A program made the position numbers and the translations under genes. The notes beneath the pieces are model-generated. The model had not been told where the DNA came from. It worked only from the letters and a program-made list of their open reading frames with translations, and searched no databases. DNA of 62,557 nucleotides, counting the filler, from Anaerolineae bacterium (GTDB taxonomy: Bacteria > Chloroflexota > Anaerolineae > Epilineales > Epilineaceae), in assembly GCA_029262755.1 (NCBI GenBank). It is 5 parts of 5 records of this genome, joined end to end, with 100 filler letters (N's around TTAATTAATTAA, not from the genome) between each part and the next. Parts side by side here need not be neighbours in the genome. Positions count along the whole stretch, not along the records: positions 34,878 to 39,664 come from JAJCYU010000311.1; positions 39,765 to 59,085 come from JAJCYU010000312.1; 3 more parts are not named here. One strand, written 5' to 3'. Positions 36,023-45,744 of this stretch are shown here, piece after piece (the stretch's first letter is position 1; every line of letters begins with the position of its first letter).

Positions 36023-37570
36023 ATGAGAATCGATCTCGATGCCCTGCCAACCGACGTCTCCGCACTTCAAGAGATGATCGGCGCGCTCGTGGCGGAACGC
36101 GACACCGAGCGCGCCGAGGCACAGGCCGAGATCGACCGGCTCCGCAATATGGTGAAGACGCTGCAGCGCAGCCAATTCGGTCGCCGATCCGAGCAACTCG
36201 ACCCGGATCAGCTGCATCTCGGACTTGAAGACCTTGACGCCGATATCGCCCAGACCGAGGCGGCGCTTGCTGCAACCACCACTGAAAACCTGCAGCCAGA
36301 GCCCGCTGCCAAAGATCGCCTCAGCCTACCCGATCACCTTGAGCGCGAGGACGTGACGCTCGACGTCGATGCAGAGGCCTGTCCCTGTTGTGGTGGTACG
36401 GTCCACCTGATCGGCGAGAGCGTCAGCGAGATGCTGGATTATGTTCCGGCCCGCCTGCGTGTCATCCGTATCCGTCGCCCGAAGTACGGATGCCGGGCAT
36501 GCGGCAAGCTCCACCAGGCACTGGCACCAGAACGGCCGATCGCCAAGGGGCTGGCAAGTGCCGGACTTCTGGCGCACGTCCTGGTCAGCAAATACTGCGA
36601 CCACATTCCGCTCTATCGGCAGTCACAGATCTTCGCCCGCCAAGGCGTCACGCTCAATCGTTCGACGTTGGCCAACTGGGTCGGCGGCGCGGCTTGGTGG
36701 CTTGAACCCCTGCGTGCGCGGTTGGCCGAACAGGTCTTTGCGTCGCCAAAACTCTTCGCCGACGATACAACGGTTCCGGTGCTTGATCCCGGGCGCGGCC
36801 GAACGCGAACCGGCCGATTGTGGGTTTATGCGCGCGATGACAGACCATGGGGAGGTACCGATCCACCGGCCGCGATCTACTACTACAGCCCGGACCGCAG
36901 AGCCGAACGACCGGCAGCTCACCTCAAGCAGTTCGAAGGCATCCTGCAGGTCGACGGCTACGCCGGATTCGAGCAGTTGACCGCACGAGGAACCATCGCC
37001 CTGGCAGCCTGCTGGGCACACACACGCCGCAAGTTCTACGACGTCCATCAGGCAACCGGCTCGCCGATTGCCGAGGAGGTGCTGCGCCGGATCGGCGAAC
37101 TGTACGCCATTGAGCAAGCCATTCGCGGAAAGACGTCAGAGGAACGACGCCGGGTTCGTTGCGTACGTTCGCGGCGAATAACGAAAGCCATGCGGCCCTG
37201 GCTCGAGCGCCAGCTGCAGCGTGTGCCGGCTCGGAGCGGACTTGCCGAGGCGATCCGCTATGCCCTGGCCCGGTGGGAGGCCCTCTGCCGCTTTCTGGAT
37301 GATGGCCGCATCGAACTCGATACGAATACGGTGGAACGCGCAATCCGGCCGATCACACTCGGACGCAAAAACCATCTGTTCGCGGGATCGGACGGCGGCG
37401 CCGACCGATGGGCCATCGTTGCCACGCTCATTGCGACCGCCAAGCTCAACAACGTCGAGCCCTATGCCTATCTGAAAGATGTGCTGGACCGCATGGCCGG
37501 TGGCCATCCCAAGGCCCGCCTCGACGATCTCCTGCCCTGGAACTGGCAGCCATCACCCACCGAAACCTGA
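36023..37570 (+). CDS. tnpC: IS66 DDE transposase TnpC
   Basis: FGRRSE, zinc finger CPCCGG...CRAC, KYCDHIPLYRQ, ADDT, LQVDGY, CWAHTRRKF, ERAIRP, LLPWNW. Confidence 0.97.
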   Translation: MRIDLDALPTDVSALQEMIGALVAERDTERAEAQAEIDRLRNMVKTLQRSQFGRRSEQLDPDQLHLGLEDLDADIAQTEAALAATTTENLQPEPAAKDRLSLPDHLEREDVTLDVDAEACPCCGGTVHLIGESVSEMLDYVPARLRVIRIRRPKYGCRACGKLHQALAPERPIAKGLASAGLLAHVLVSKYCDHIPLYRQSQIFARQGVTLNRSTLANWVGGAAWWLEPLRARLAEQVFASPKLFADDTTVPVLDPGRGRTRTGRLWVYARDDRPWGGTDPPAAIYYYSPDRRAERPAAHLKQFEGILQVDGYAGFEQLTARGTIALAACWAHTRRKFYDVHQATGSPIAEEVLRRIGELYAIEQAIRGKTSEERRRVRCVRSRRITKAMRPWLERQLQRVPARSGLAEAIRYALARWEALCRFLDDGRIELDTNTVERAIRPITLGRKNHLFAGSDGGADRWAIVATLIATAKLNNVEPYAYLKDVLDRMAGGHPKARLDDLLPWNWQPSPTET

Positions 37571-37596
37571 CCTGCGTGTCAGAACTGGACGCTTAC

Positions 37597-37705
37597 GATA
37601 GAATCCGACGCAGGCATCTAGCGGCATGGTCTCCGTTTCAGCGTGCCCGCAATGGGGACACGTTAAATCAGATCTGAGCCGAACAGCTTTTTCTGTTGTG
37701 GCCAT
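37597..37705 (-). pseudogene. 5' half of a GDCCVxC-domain small metal-binding protein, cut by IS66
   Basis: Translates as MATTEKAVRLRSDLTCPHCGHAETETMPLDACVGFY and runs directly into the IS66 right end; not in the ORF track. Confidence 0.8.
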
Positions 37706-37826
37706 AGCGCTTCATTCCGGAGTTCTACGCGGGTCCAAAATCCATGTGTGCGGGGAATCTGAGCGAAGAGCCACATCGTGTTTGCAGTTGCGACGAATTC
37801 TAGAGCAGTTGGCTCGCCAAGCTGCG

Positions 37827-38291
37827 CTAAAGGATGCGGCCGCCGCGCAACTCAGCGTCGTCGAGTATTTCTGTCACACAATCAGAGTGCGAGTAGTCTG
37901 CCAAAGCTTCAATAATGCGGCATTGCTTTACGCGGCCACCTGCGCACGTACTGATTATGTCTTCCAATTCTGACTTCAGTGCTTCCAACCGAGCAAGTCG
38001 CCGTTTCACATCGGCCAAGCGTGTTTGCGCAATTTTTGTGACCGCGTCGCATGACTCGTCGGGTTGATCAGTCAGCGCGAGAAGTTCTCGTATTGTATCC
38101 TGTGCGAAGCCCAGTTCCCTGCAATGTTGGATGAAGCCGAGACGTGTGACGTGGTTAGCCTCGTACAGACGAGTGTTTCCTCGCGTGCGGCGGGGCTCAG
38201 GCAGCAGCCCGATTTGCTCATAATATCGGATGGTTGGGATCTTGCAGCCAGTCTCGCGCGCCAGATGACCGATTGTGAACTCTTGAGCCAT
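37827..38291 (-). CDS. MerR-family metal-responsive regulator (CadR/PbrR/CueR-like)
   Basis: FTIGHLARETGCKIPTIRYYEQIGLL, CRELGF, SCDAV, CAGGRVKQCRIIE. Confidence 0.93.
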   Translation of the reverse strand: MAQEFTIGHLARETGCKIPTIRYYEQIGLLPEPRRTRGNTRLYEANHVTRLGFIQHCRELGFAQDTIRELLALTDQPDESCDAVTKIAQTRLADVKRRLARLEALKSELEDIISTCAGGRVKQCRIIEALADYSHSDCVTEILDDAELRGGRIL

Positions 38292-38302
38292 CAAAAAACC
38301 TC

Positions 38303-38333
38303 TTGCATCTATAGTGACTAGAGATGCTACGGA
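38303..38333 (+). promoter_or_regulatory. MerR-type promoter/operator: TTGCAT - 19 bp - TACGGA, with dyad
   Basis: Dyad GCATCTATAGT-G-ACTAGAGATGC spanning a 19-bp spacer; core TCTATAGTnACTAGAG resembles PbrR/CadR operators. Confidence 0.85.
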
Positions 38334-38424
38334 GGAAAGAGCGCGAAAGCAAGGCTGGAGACTGATGGCACCGGCCCAGTGGCCGGCCAAGGTAGCTGAT
38401 TACGAACGCGGAAATCGATTCTAA

Positions 38425-39294
38425 ATGTGTAACACCACCACCGTTGATGTTCCCGACCGAGTACGCTACCGGGTCACCGGCATGGATTGTCCGTCTTGCG
38501 CTGGCAAAATCGAGACGGCGGTTCGTTCAGCCGGCGTCGACGACGTCAAGGTCTCCATTGCCAGTCAAATTATGACGGTGCGCTCAGACGATCCGGCTGT
38601 TGTGCTCGCGGCGGTCGAACGCGCGGTCTCGGCCATCGGCTACCATATCGACCGGCTCGACGTTCCTGGCGCGGCAGCCGCAAGCGAGACCAATGGCGGC
38701 GCTGCAGCCAAGAGCCACATCACTCCAGAGTACAAGCGTGCGCTTTGGATTGTGATCGCTCTGAACGTCGGCTATGGCATCATTGAAATGTTCGGCGGTT
38801 TCATTGCCGGGTCGCAGGCGCTTAAGGCCGATGCATTAGACTTCCTCGGGGATGGGTTGATCACGTTTCTCGGCGTTCTCGCCATCGGCTGGAGCCTCGG
38901 TTGGCGTGCCCGCTCAGCGCTGATCCAAGGTCTGTTTCTCGGTGCCCTTGGCTTAGCGGTTCTTGTTGGCACGGCCTACCGAGTGTTGGTCTTAAACCAA
39001 CCGGAAGCCGGGCTGATGGGCGCGTTTGGGTTTATCGCATTGGTCGTGAACATATTAGCTGCCATGGCCCTCATTCCCCACCGGAATGGTGATGCAAATG
39101 TCCGCGCCGTTTGGCTGTTCTCACGTAATGATGCCCTCGGAAATGTTGCTATCGTTTTGGCTGCCGGTCTGGTTGCCTGGACCGGGACTGCTTGGCCCGA
39201 TTTGGTCGTTGCCGCCGTTATCGCCGGGCTCTTTCTGCAATCCTCGTGGATCATTGTTCGAGATGCCCGGGCTGATCTCAAGGAGACCGCATGA
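38425..39294 (+). CDS. Cation efflux (CDF-like) transporter with N-terminal HMA domain
   Basis: GMDCPSCA HMA motif, SQALKADALDFLGD, VWLFSRND, WPDL. Confidence 0.9.
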   Translation: MCNTTTVDVPDRVRYRVTGMDCPSCAGKIETAVRSAGVDDVKVSIASQIMTVRSDDPAVVLAAVERAVSAIGYHIDRLDVPGAAAASETNGGAAAKSHITPEYKRALWIVIALNVGYGIIEMFGGFIAGSQALKADALDFLGDGLITFLGVLAIGWSLGWRARSALIQGLFLGALGLAVLVGTAYRVLVLNQPEAGLMGAFGFIALVVNILAAMALIPHRNGDANVRAVWLFSRNDALGNVAIVLAAGLVAWTGTAWPDLVVAAVIAGLFLQSSWIIVRDARADLKETA

Positions 39295-39664
39295 CTTATC
39301 GCGCGCTCGGATTTGTTGTTGCAATTTGTGCCTTCAGCTTAGATCAGATCACCAAGGCGATCGCACTTGCAACCACGTCTTTACAGGCCGGCATTGAAGT
39401 TTTCCCGTTTTTCAACTTCGTACTGGTACGCAATTCGGGCGTGAGTTTCGGTTTATTTGCAGGTGCTTCCCATTGGTGGGCACTCGCTTTGATCGGTATT
39501 GCAATGGCGATTGGCCTGTCGATCTGGATGTGGAGATCGCAGAGCAGGCTTCAAGTTCTTGCACTGGGATTACTGATCGGGGGGGCGCTGGGAAACGTGT
39601 TGGATCGTTTTCGGCATGGCGCCGTTATCGATTTTCTCGACTTTCACGCAGCTGGCCACCATTG
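39291..39664 (+). CDS. lspA: Lipoprotein signal peptidase II, truncated at contig edge
   Basis: LDQITK, RNSGVSFG, GGALGNVLDR, GAVIDFLDF. Confidence 0.92.
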
Positions 39665-39764
39665 NNNNNNNNNNNNNNNNNNNNNNNNNNNNNNNNNNNN
39701 NNNNNNNNTTAATTAATTAANNNNNNNNNNNNNNNNNNNNNNNNNNNNNNNNNNNNNNNNNNNN
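39665..39764. other. Artificial contig spacer
   Basis: N-TTAATTAATTAA-N. Confidence 0.98.
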
Positions 39765-39765
39765 T

Positions 39766-41415
39766 CACTTCTCAAGCGAGGACATCCTCACCCCGGGCGA
39801 CAAGCCGCAGGTGTTGATTGCCATGAACCCCGCTGCGCTGAAAAAGTCGCTGCCCGAGCTCGAAGCGGGCGGCACGGTGATCGTGAACACGGACGAGTTC
39901 ACGAAGGGGAATCTGCGCAAGGCCGGCTACGAGGTCAGCCCGCTCGAGGACGACAGCTTGGCGGGCTTCACGGTGCGCAAGGTGCCGTTGACCAAATTGA
40001 ACCGGGACGCGCTCTCCGAGATCGAAGGACTTACGACGAAGGAAATCGATCGCAGCAAGAATTTCTTCGCGCTGGGGCTGACGTTCTGGATCTACGATCG
40101 CCCGTTGCAGACGACGGTCGATTGGCTGGAGAAGAAGTTCGCCAAGCGCCCATCCGTCGTCGACGCGAACCGCAGAGCACTTCAGTCGGGCTACAACTTC
40201 GGCGAGACGACCGAAGCATTCCAGATGCGGTTTTCCGTCAAGCGAGCAACCCTGCCTCCGGGAACCTATCGCACGGTTACCGGCAACGAGGCGGTTGCCA
40301 TGGGTATGGTCACGGCGGCCACAAAGGCCAACAAGCCCCTGATCTACTGCAGCTATCCGATCACACCGGCGTCCGACATTCTGCACACGTTGGCGCGCCT
40401 CAAGAACTACGACGTGCGAACGTTCCAGGCCGAGGACGAGATCGCGGCCATGGGCGCAGCCGTCGGCGCGGCCTTCGGCGGTGGCTTTGCCGTCACGGGT
40501 ACGAGCGGTCCGGGTCTGGCCCTCAAGGGCGAGGCTCTCGGTTTGGCCGTCATGCTCGAGCTTCCGATGGTCGTGGTCAACGTGCAGCGCGGTGGGCCCA
40601 GCACGGGCTCACCCACGAAGACGGAGCAATCGGATCTCTTGCAGGCGATGTTCGGACGTAACGGCGAGAGCCCCGTGCCGATCATCGCGCCGGCCACGCC
40701 TTCCGACGCGTTCTTCATGGGCATGGAGGCGTTCCGGCTCGCCGTGCGCGCCATGACGCCGGTGATCATCCTTTCGGATGGATACATCGCCAACAGCGCC
40801 GAGCCCTGGTCGATCCCAGTTCCGGACTCCTTGCCTTCCATTTCCGTTGAGCATCCGACGGGCATGGGCCTGGCGGAGGGTGAAGCGTTCCTGCCCTACG
40901 CGCGCAACGCAGAGACCGGGGCACGGCCATGGGCCTTGCCGGGCACTGCGGGACTCGAGCACCGCGTCGGCGGCCTGACCAAGGAACCGCTGACCGGTAA
41001 CGTTTCCTATAGCCCAGAGCACACCCAGCTCATGAACGACGAGCGTCGTGCCAAGGTGGCCGCGCTCGCAGACGCCATTCCAGAGCAGGACGTGTTCGGA
41101 CCCGAGGAAGGCGATTTGCTCGTCCTCGGCTGGGGTGGACCATTCGGCGCGATCCGCCAAGCGACGCGCAAGGCACAGGCGATGGGCTACAGCGTGGCGC
41201 ATGCGCACGTGCGCTACATCAATCCATTCCCCCGGAATCTGGGCGACGTGCTCGGGCGCTACAAGCAGGTCCTTATTCCGGAGCTCAACGGCGGCCAGAT
41301 GGCGCTGCTCATCCAGGGCGCCTACGGCGTGCAGGTGGTGCGGCAAGAGAAGCTGATGGGCCAACCCTTCCGCATCGCGGAGATCGTCGGCAAGATCGAA
41401 GAGTTGCTCGGTTGA
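39766..41415 (+). CDS. korA: 2-oxoacid:ferredoxin oxidoreductase alpha subunit, 5' truncated
   Basis: GNEA, YPITPASD, QAEDEIAA, TSGPG, QRGGPSTG.PTKTEQSD. Confidence 0.93.
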   Translation, partial: HFSSEDILTPGDKPQVLIAMNPAALKKSLPELEAGGTVIVNTDEFTKGNLRKAGYEVSPLEDDSLAGFTVRKVPLTKLNRDALSEIEGLTTKEIDRSKNFFALGLTFWIYDRPLQTTVDWLEKKFAKRPSVVDANRRALQSGYNFGETTEAFQMRFSVKRATLPPGTYRTVTGNEAVAMGMVTAATKANKPLIYCSYPITPASDILHTLARLKNYDVRTFQAEDEIAAMGAAVGAAFGGGFAVTGTSGPGLALKGEALGLAVMLELPMVVVNVQRGGPSTGSPTKTEQSDLLQAMFGRNGESPVPIIAPATPSDAFFMGMEAFRLAVRAMTPVIILSDGYIANSAEPWSIPVPDSLPSISVEHPTGMGLAEGEAFLPYARNAETGARPWALPGTAGLEHRVGGLTKEPLTGNVSYSPEHTQLMNDERRAKVAALADAIPEQDVFGPEEGDLLVLGWGGPFGAIRQATRKAQAMGYSVAHAHVRYINPFPRNLGDVLGRYKQVLIPELNGGQMALLIQGAYGVQVVRQEKLMGQPFRIAEIVGKIEELLG

Positions 41416-41484
41416 GTCTGGTTGTCCCGGAATCCAATCGAACGCACGCTCGGCGCCAAGCCGCCGGCATACGAGGAGCCAACC

Positions 41485-42534
41485 ATGAGTGAAACGGTCA
41501 CGCTAGAACCCAAGCCGCTCACCCGCAAGGACATGATGAGCGACCAGCAGGTTCGCTGGTGTCCCGGCTGCGGAGACTACGCCATTCTTGCGACCGTGCA
41601 GCGTATCATGCCCGAGTTGGGCATCTCGCGTGAGAATACGGTGTTCGTTTCGGGCATCGGCTGTTCGAGCCGCTTCCCGTACTATATGAACACCTACGGA
41701 ATGCACAGCATCCACGGCCGGGCCCCTACGGTGGCTACGGGCCTGAAGCTCGCCAACCCGGACCTCACGGTCTTCGTGATCACCGGCGATGGCGACGGAC
41801 TCTCCATCGGCGGCAACCACCTGATCCACGCCTGTCGTCGCAACCTCGACATCAACATCATCCTGTTCAACAACCGCATCTACGGTCTGACGAAGGGCCA
41901 GTACTCGCCCACGTCGTTGCCGGGACACCGCACGAAGTCGTCGCCGATGGGGTCGGTCGAACAAGGCTTGAACCCCATCAGTGTTGCGCTCGCCGCGGAG
42001 GCTTCGTTCGTCGCCCGCGGGATCGACGTCCACACGAAGCATCTGGGCGAGATGATCGAGCGCGCGGTCGCGCACAAGGGCACGTCCTTCATCGAGGTGT
42101 TCCAGAACTGCAACATCTTCAACGATGGCGCTTGGGAAGACGTTTCCAACCCCAAGTCGCGCGCGGAGCACACGCTGGAATTGCGCCATGGTGAGCCGCT
42201 CATCTACGGCGCCGACGCTGACAAGGGAATTCGCCTGAGCGGGTTCATGCCGGAGAGCGTCGCGTTGGACGGTATCGACCAAAGCGAGCTGCTCTTCCAC
42301 GACGAGCAGGCCGAGAGCACCCATCTGGCCTACATGCTCAGCCGCATGACGCGTCCCAACTACCCGGTGCCGATCGGCGTCTTCCGCGCCGTGCAACGTC
42401 CGGTGTATAGCACGATGGTGATGTCGCAGGTCGATGAGGCCATCGCGCAGCGTGGCCGCGGAACGTTGGAGGCGCTGTATGACAGTCCGGAGAAGTGGAC
42501 GGTCACGGCGGAGCAAGCCAACGGTCACGGCTAG
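41485..42534 (+). CDS. korB: 2-oxoacid:ferredoxin oxidoreductase beta subunit
   Basis: WCPGCGD, SGIGCSSR, HSIHGR, GDGD, NNRIYGLTKGQ.SPT; GAGGAG RBS. Confidence 0.95.
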   Translation: MSETVTLEPKPLTRKDMMSDQQVRWCPGCGDYAILATVQRIMPELGISRENTVFVSGIGCSSRFPYYMNTYGMHSIHGRAPTVATGLKLANPDLTVFVITGDGDGLSIGGNHLIHACRRNLDINIILFNNRIYGLTKGQYSPTSLPGHRTKSSPMGSVEQGLNPISVALAAEASFVARGIDVHTKHLGEMIERAVAHKGTSFIEVFQNCNIFNDGAWEDVSNPKSRAEHTLELRHGEPLIYGADADKGIRLSGFMPESVALDGIDQSELLFHDEQAESTHLAYMLSRMTRPNYPVPIGVFRAVQRPVYSTMVMSQVDEAIAQRGRGTLEALYDSPEKWTVTAEQANGHG

Positions 42535-42618
42535 GAGCGGTCACGGCTAGGGTCGCATTCGAGCCCTATCGGCCGGTCGACGTGGTCGTCGTTCCCAGTT
42601 CAACAATCAAGATACGAG

Positions 42619-42656
42619 CAACCCCCCGCTCCCTAGGGAAGCGGGGGGTTGTTTTT
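42619..42656 (+). terminator. Intrinsic terminator after korAB
   Basis: CAACCCCCCGCT...AGCGGGGGGTTG stem followed by TTTTT. Confidence 0.88.
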
Positions 42657-42704
42657 GGCTGCCTTGAGCGCTCAGCCCGGAAGGGCGGGCGTGCCGCCAT
42701 CTCG

Positions 42705-43088
42705 CTACGGCATGCCCTCGGGACGCGGGCATCCTGCCTTGAAGATCACGGGGTTCGCGATCGCAGACCAAACCAAATTGGGGTTCGCGAGCGTCAGGGA
42801 TCGCCGGAGGGGGTTGTGCGGACCCGGGCCCAGGTTGGGGTTGGTCGGTTGTAGATAGCCGAAGACGCGATCCGGATTCGCCATCGCGCTCTGGATGACG
42901 GCGGGCGGAACACGGCCTTGAAGATAGGCGCATGCTTCCGCGGCCGGCGTGTCGCCTTCCGCAGCGACAGGCGTCGGTGCAACGCCGACCATGGCCAGGA
43001 ATAGGACTGCGCCACTGAGCCCGAGGACGGCGATTGCGCTGCACGGCGAGAGGCGCCGGGCGAAACGACGAAAAATCGTGGAATTCAT
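42705..43088 (-). CDS. Small secreted protein with a Cys-bracketed NP-rich domain, paralog 1
   Basis: Signal peptide, then ACAYL..RVP...ANP.R..G..Q..NPN...NP.R..L.L.NPN...AGCP shared with 43192-43674. Confidence 0.75.
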   Translation of the reverse strand: MNSTIFRRFARRLSPCSAIAVLGLSGAVLFLAMVGVAPTPVAAEGDTPAAEACAYLQGRVPPAVIQSAMANPDRVFGYLQPTNPNLGPGPHNPLRRSLTLANPNLVWSAIANPVIFKAGCPRPEGMP

Positions 43089-43191
43089 GGCGTGAGCTCC
43101 AGCGTCGGGATGCCTACACATCCGTAGGTTTCGAAGGAGAGCGTACGGGTTGCGGCGCTCTTGTCGTTCCGTGGGCGAACCCGTACCACGG

Positions 43192-43674
43192 TCAGCGTGG
43201 CGGACGTGCGCCCCAACCGGCCGACCAGGGACATCCCGCCACCCATGTCAGCCGGTTGAAAATCGGATGGTAGGGCACGTTCGGGTTGCGCAGGCTCAAA
43301 TGAATCCGCGGTGGGTTCAAGGGCGATGCCGGCTTGTTGGGATTGCGTGCCTGCTCGAAGCCTCCGATGCGACGCGGATTGGCCAGGGCAGCCTGGATGG
43401 CGACATCGGGCACCCGGAAGCGCAAGTACGCGCACGCGGATCCCGCGCTGGGCGGAGGAGGCGGCACCGCAGTCGGGGCGGGCGGCGGTAGCTGGCTTGT
43501 GGGCGTCGCCGCCGGCGGTGGAATCTGGCTCGTCGGGGTCGCCACTGGGGGGACCAAGGTGGGTGTTGGATTTTGCAAGCTTGGACTCGCACTGGCCTTC
43601 GGTGCGGTCAGCGCCAGCGTGAGGACCACAAGGCCCCCGGACAACAAGAACGTCCGCGCTATCGTGCGGAACAT
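43192..43674 (-). CDS. Small secreted protein: PT linker + Cys-bracketed NP-rich domain, paralog 2
   Basis: GAGGAGG RBS, signal peptide ending ASA, P/T linker, same domain as 42705-43088. Confidence 0.78.
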   Translation of the reverse strand: MFRTIARTFLLSGGLVVLTLALTAPKASASPSLQNPTPTLVPPVATPTSQIPPPAATPTSQLPPPAPTAVPPPPPSAGSACAYLRFRVPDVAIQAALANPRRIGGFEQARNPNKPASPLNPPRIHLSLRNPNVPYHPIFNRLTWVAGCPWSAGWGARPPR

Positions 43675-43908
43675 GGCTATGCCTCCTCTTCGTGCGACGT
43701 GTGGGGATCGCCGCGCGGCGCGGGGCTTGGGCCGGCCGGCGCGAGCTCGTCGTGGGAGTCCGCGCGGTCGCGCACGCGACCGGAGGGCTTCCCTGTCCCA
43801 GGGTGGGCGTGAGTGTATCGGGATCGTGCGGCGAATCAAGCCCGCCGTTGTGCTTGGCCCTTGGCTTTGCTCCTGACTCCGCCGCCCGTCTTGACCTCAA
43901 CGTTGGTT

Positions 43909-44490
43909 CTACGGCTTGAAGATCCATAGCGCAGCGAACACTGCGCCCACAATGGCCGCAACACCCGCCACGCTGCGCCACGGCGTAGTGGGGTTTGGGT
44001 GATCCGACTCCGACGCGGCGCCGCCCGCCGCGCTCGCAGTGAGGATGATCACAGCGAAGGCTGTCAGCGCCAGCACGGGAATGGAGATGAAGCCGAACCA
44101 GTTGATGTACTGCCCGCTGCACGGCACGCTGGTCAGGCAGGCAGCGCTCTCGGTGACGAGACTCGTCTTCTGCATGAGCACGTGATACAGCGAGATGCCA
44201 CCGCCGACGAACGCAAGCGGCAGCACGTAGAGCCGCAGTCCCGCATCGCGTCGCAAGAGCCCGACGGGAATCAGAAAGGCCAGCGGGTACATGAAGATGC
44301 GCTGGAACCAACAAAGTCGGCACGGGATGTACAAACGCACCTCGCTGAAGTACAGGCTACCGAGCGTCGCGACGAGCGCTGCAGCCATGGCGACATACAT
44401 TCCACGCTCCGCAAGCAGCCTGTCCAGCGTCGCGGCGCCACCGCGCTCCTCGTTCGGCTCTGCTTCGTGCCCCGCCTGTTGCTCCACCAT
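43909..44490 (-). CDS. dsbB: Disulfide bond formation protein DsbB/BdbC family
   Basis: GSLYFSE..YIPCRLCWFQRIFMYP, second Cys pair C...VPC, FGFISIP. Confidence 0.9.
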   Translation of the reverse strand: MVEQQAGHEAEPNEERGGAATLDRLLAERGMYVAMAAALVATLGSLYFSEVRLYIPCRLCWFQRIFMYPLAFLIPVGLLRRDAGLRLYVLPLAFVGGGISLYHVLMQKTSLVTESAACLTSVPCSGQYINWFGFISIPVLALTAFAVIILTASAAGGAASESDHPNPTTPWRSVAGVAAIVGAVFAALWIFKP

Positions 44491-45222
44491 TCGTCGTTGT
44501 CCCCCTGTTGCCGGCTCATACACCAGCGGCAAGAATAGCAGGCGCGCTCGGGCAACAGCGCTACGGGGGACTTCGGTAGATGGCGAGGGTGACAGCTGTG
44601 GGGGCGCAGGCATCGTGCGGGGATCGTGCGGGGATCGTGTATCGCGGAGCACCGCACTGAAGAGGCCCCACGGCCGAACACATCTCCCATGCGACGGCGC
44701 CTGTCGCCAAAGCACCGGTGGCTCGTCCAGGCAATGGCACGGTGGTTAGCCCTTGGGGATCCTCCATACCGTGTTGCGCTCTTCGAATGAGCCTGGCGGG
44801 ATCCAGCGATGGTCGTATCGAGAGTCCCTTGCGCGCGGAGGTATGCTCTAGCATCGCGCGTTCACCCGGATGTCCTCGTCTGTCGTCGTCGATCTGTGAT
44901 CGATCCACAACACGACCTCGATTGCCGGAGCGCGGCCGTTCTTTTGTCAAGCCCATGCTTACCGCTCGTGCAACCAGCTTCAGCACCCTCAATCCACCGC
45001 CCCGATGACGCAGGTCGATCCGGCGTGCATCGCCGTCCAATTGGATGCGTCAAGGACGCTGACATCCATCGTCGACGGCGTGTCCATCGCCAGCGCTAAG
45101 ACCGGTAGCCGCTCGTCGTGTTCGCGGAGAATCGCGCTGACGAGCCGGGCGAACGAGCGCAACGACCGTTCAACGTCTCGAGGGTGCGTGCTCCGTATTC
45201 ACCGCAAGACGCGTACGTATAC

Positions 45223-45290
45223 CACCCTCCCGACACCCATATGTCCGCCCTGAACGCCAAACTATGGTCTCCGATGTGTCCGGCTGTGGG
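45223..45290. repeat. 68-bp direct repeat, copy 1
   Basis: CACCCTCCCGACACCC(A/G)TAT(G/A)TCCGCCCTGAACGCCAAACTATGGTCTCCGA(T/A)GTGTCCGGCTG(T/C)GGG; 64/68 identical to 47973-48040. Confidence 0.92.
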
Positions 45291-45744
45291 GAGTTTGTGC
45301 ACGAAGACCACCGGCTGACTCCGACCGTTCAGACGCGAGATCCCCCACCCGCCTGCGTATACCGACGAGAGCGCCTCGAAACCCTCGATACTGGGCCACC
45401 AAATCCTGTGATATGCTGGACCCGTCAATCGGTAGGAGGAGTTTGGCTTTCGGCAGTCCCGAAAAGGGCCTAGTTTTCGGAACTCCATGCTCGCTCGTCC
45501 CGATTGCCGTAGATAAAGACGGAAGTCTGCCCTTGGCGGGTATACCGGAATGGGTCGATTTCGAGACGCCGGCTTGATGGCAGCTTCGATGGACGATGGC
45601 ATCGACTGTAGCGGCACATGCTAGTCGGAATACATCAATACAATCGGTGACAGCATGTGATCGAATCCGCAAGGCCGACGAAGGAAAACGCATGGCTAGA
45701 TCTGCCGTGCCTCTCGACTACAGCAGAAGAAAAGGACCAAGACG

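Larger units (their letters stand above)
34878..37596 (+). mobile_element. IS66-family insertion sequence, apparently complete (about 2.7 kb)
   Basis: Left end GTAAGCGTTCAG; right end CTGGACGCTTAC (reverse complement GTAAGCGTCCAG); encloses tnpA-tnpB-tnpC. Confidence 0.95.

Noticed and set aside
42522..42551. CGGTCACGGCTAGG duplication at the korB stop
   Set aside because: A single short local duplication with no sign of function.
44718..45700. Short ORFs in the gene-poor stretch
   Set aside because: No RBS or motif support; they look like decayed sequence and are covered under the island finding.
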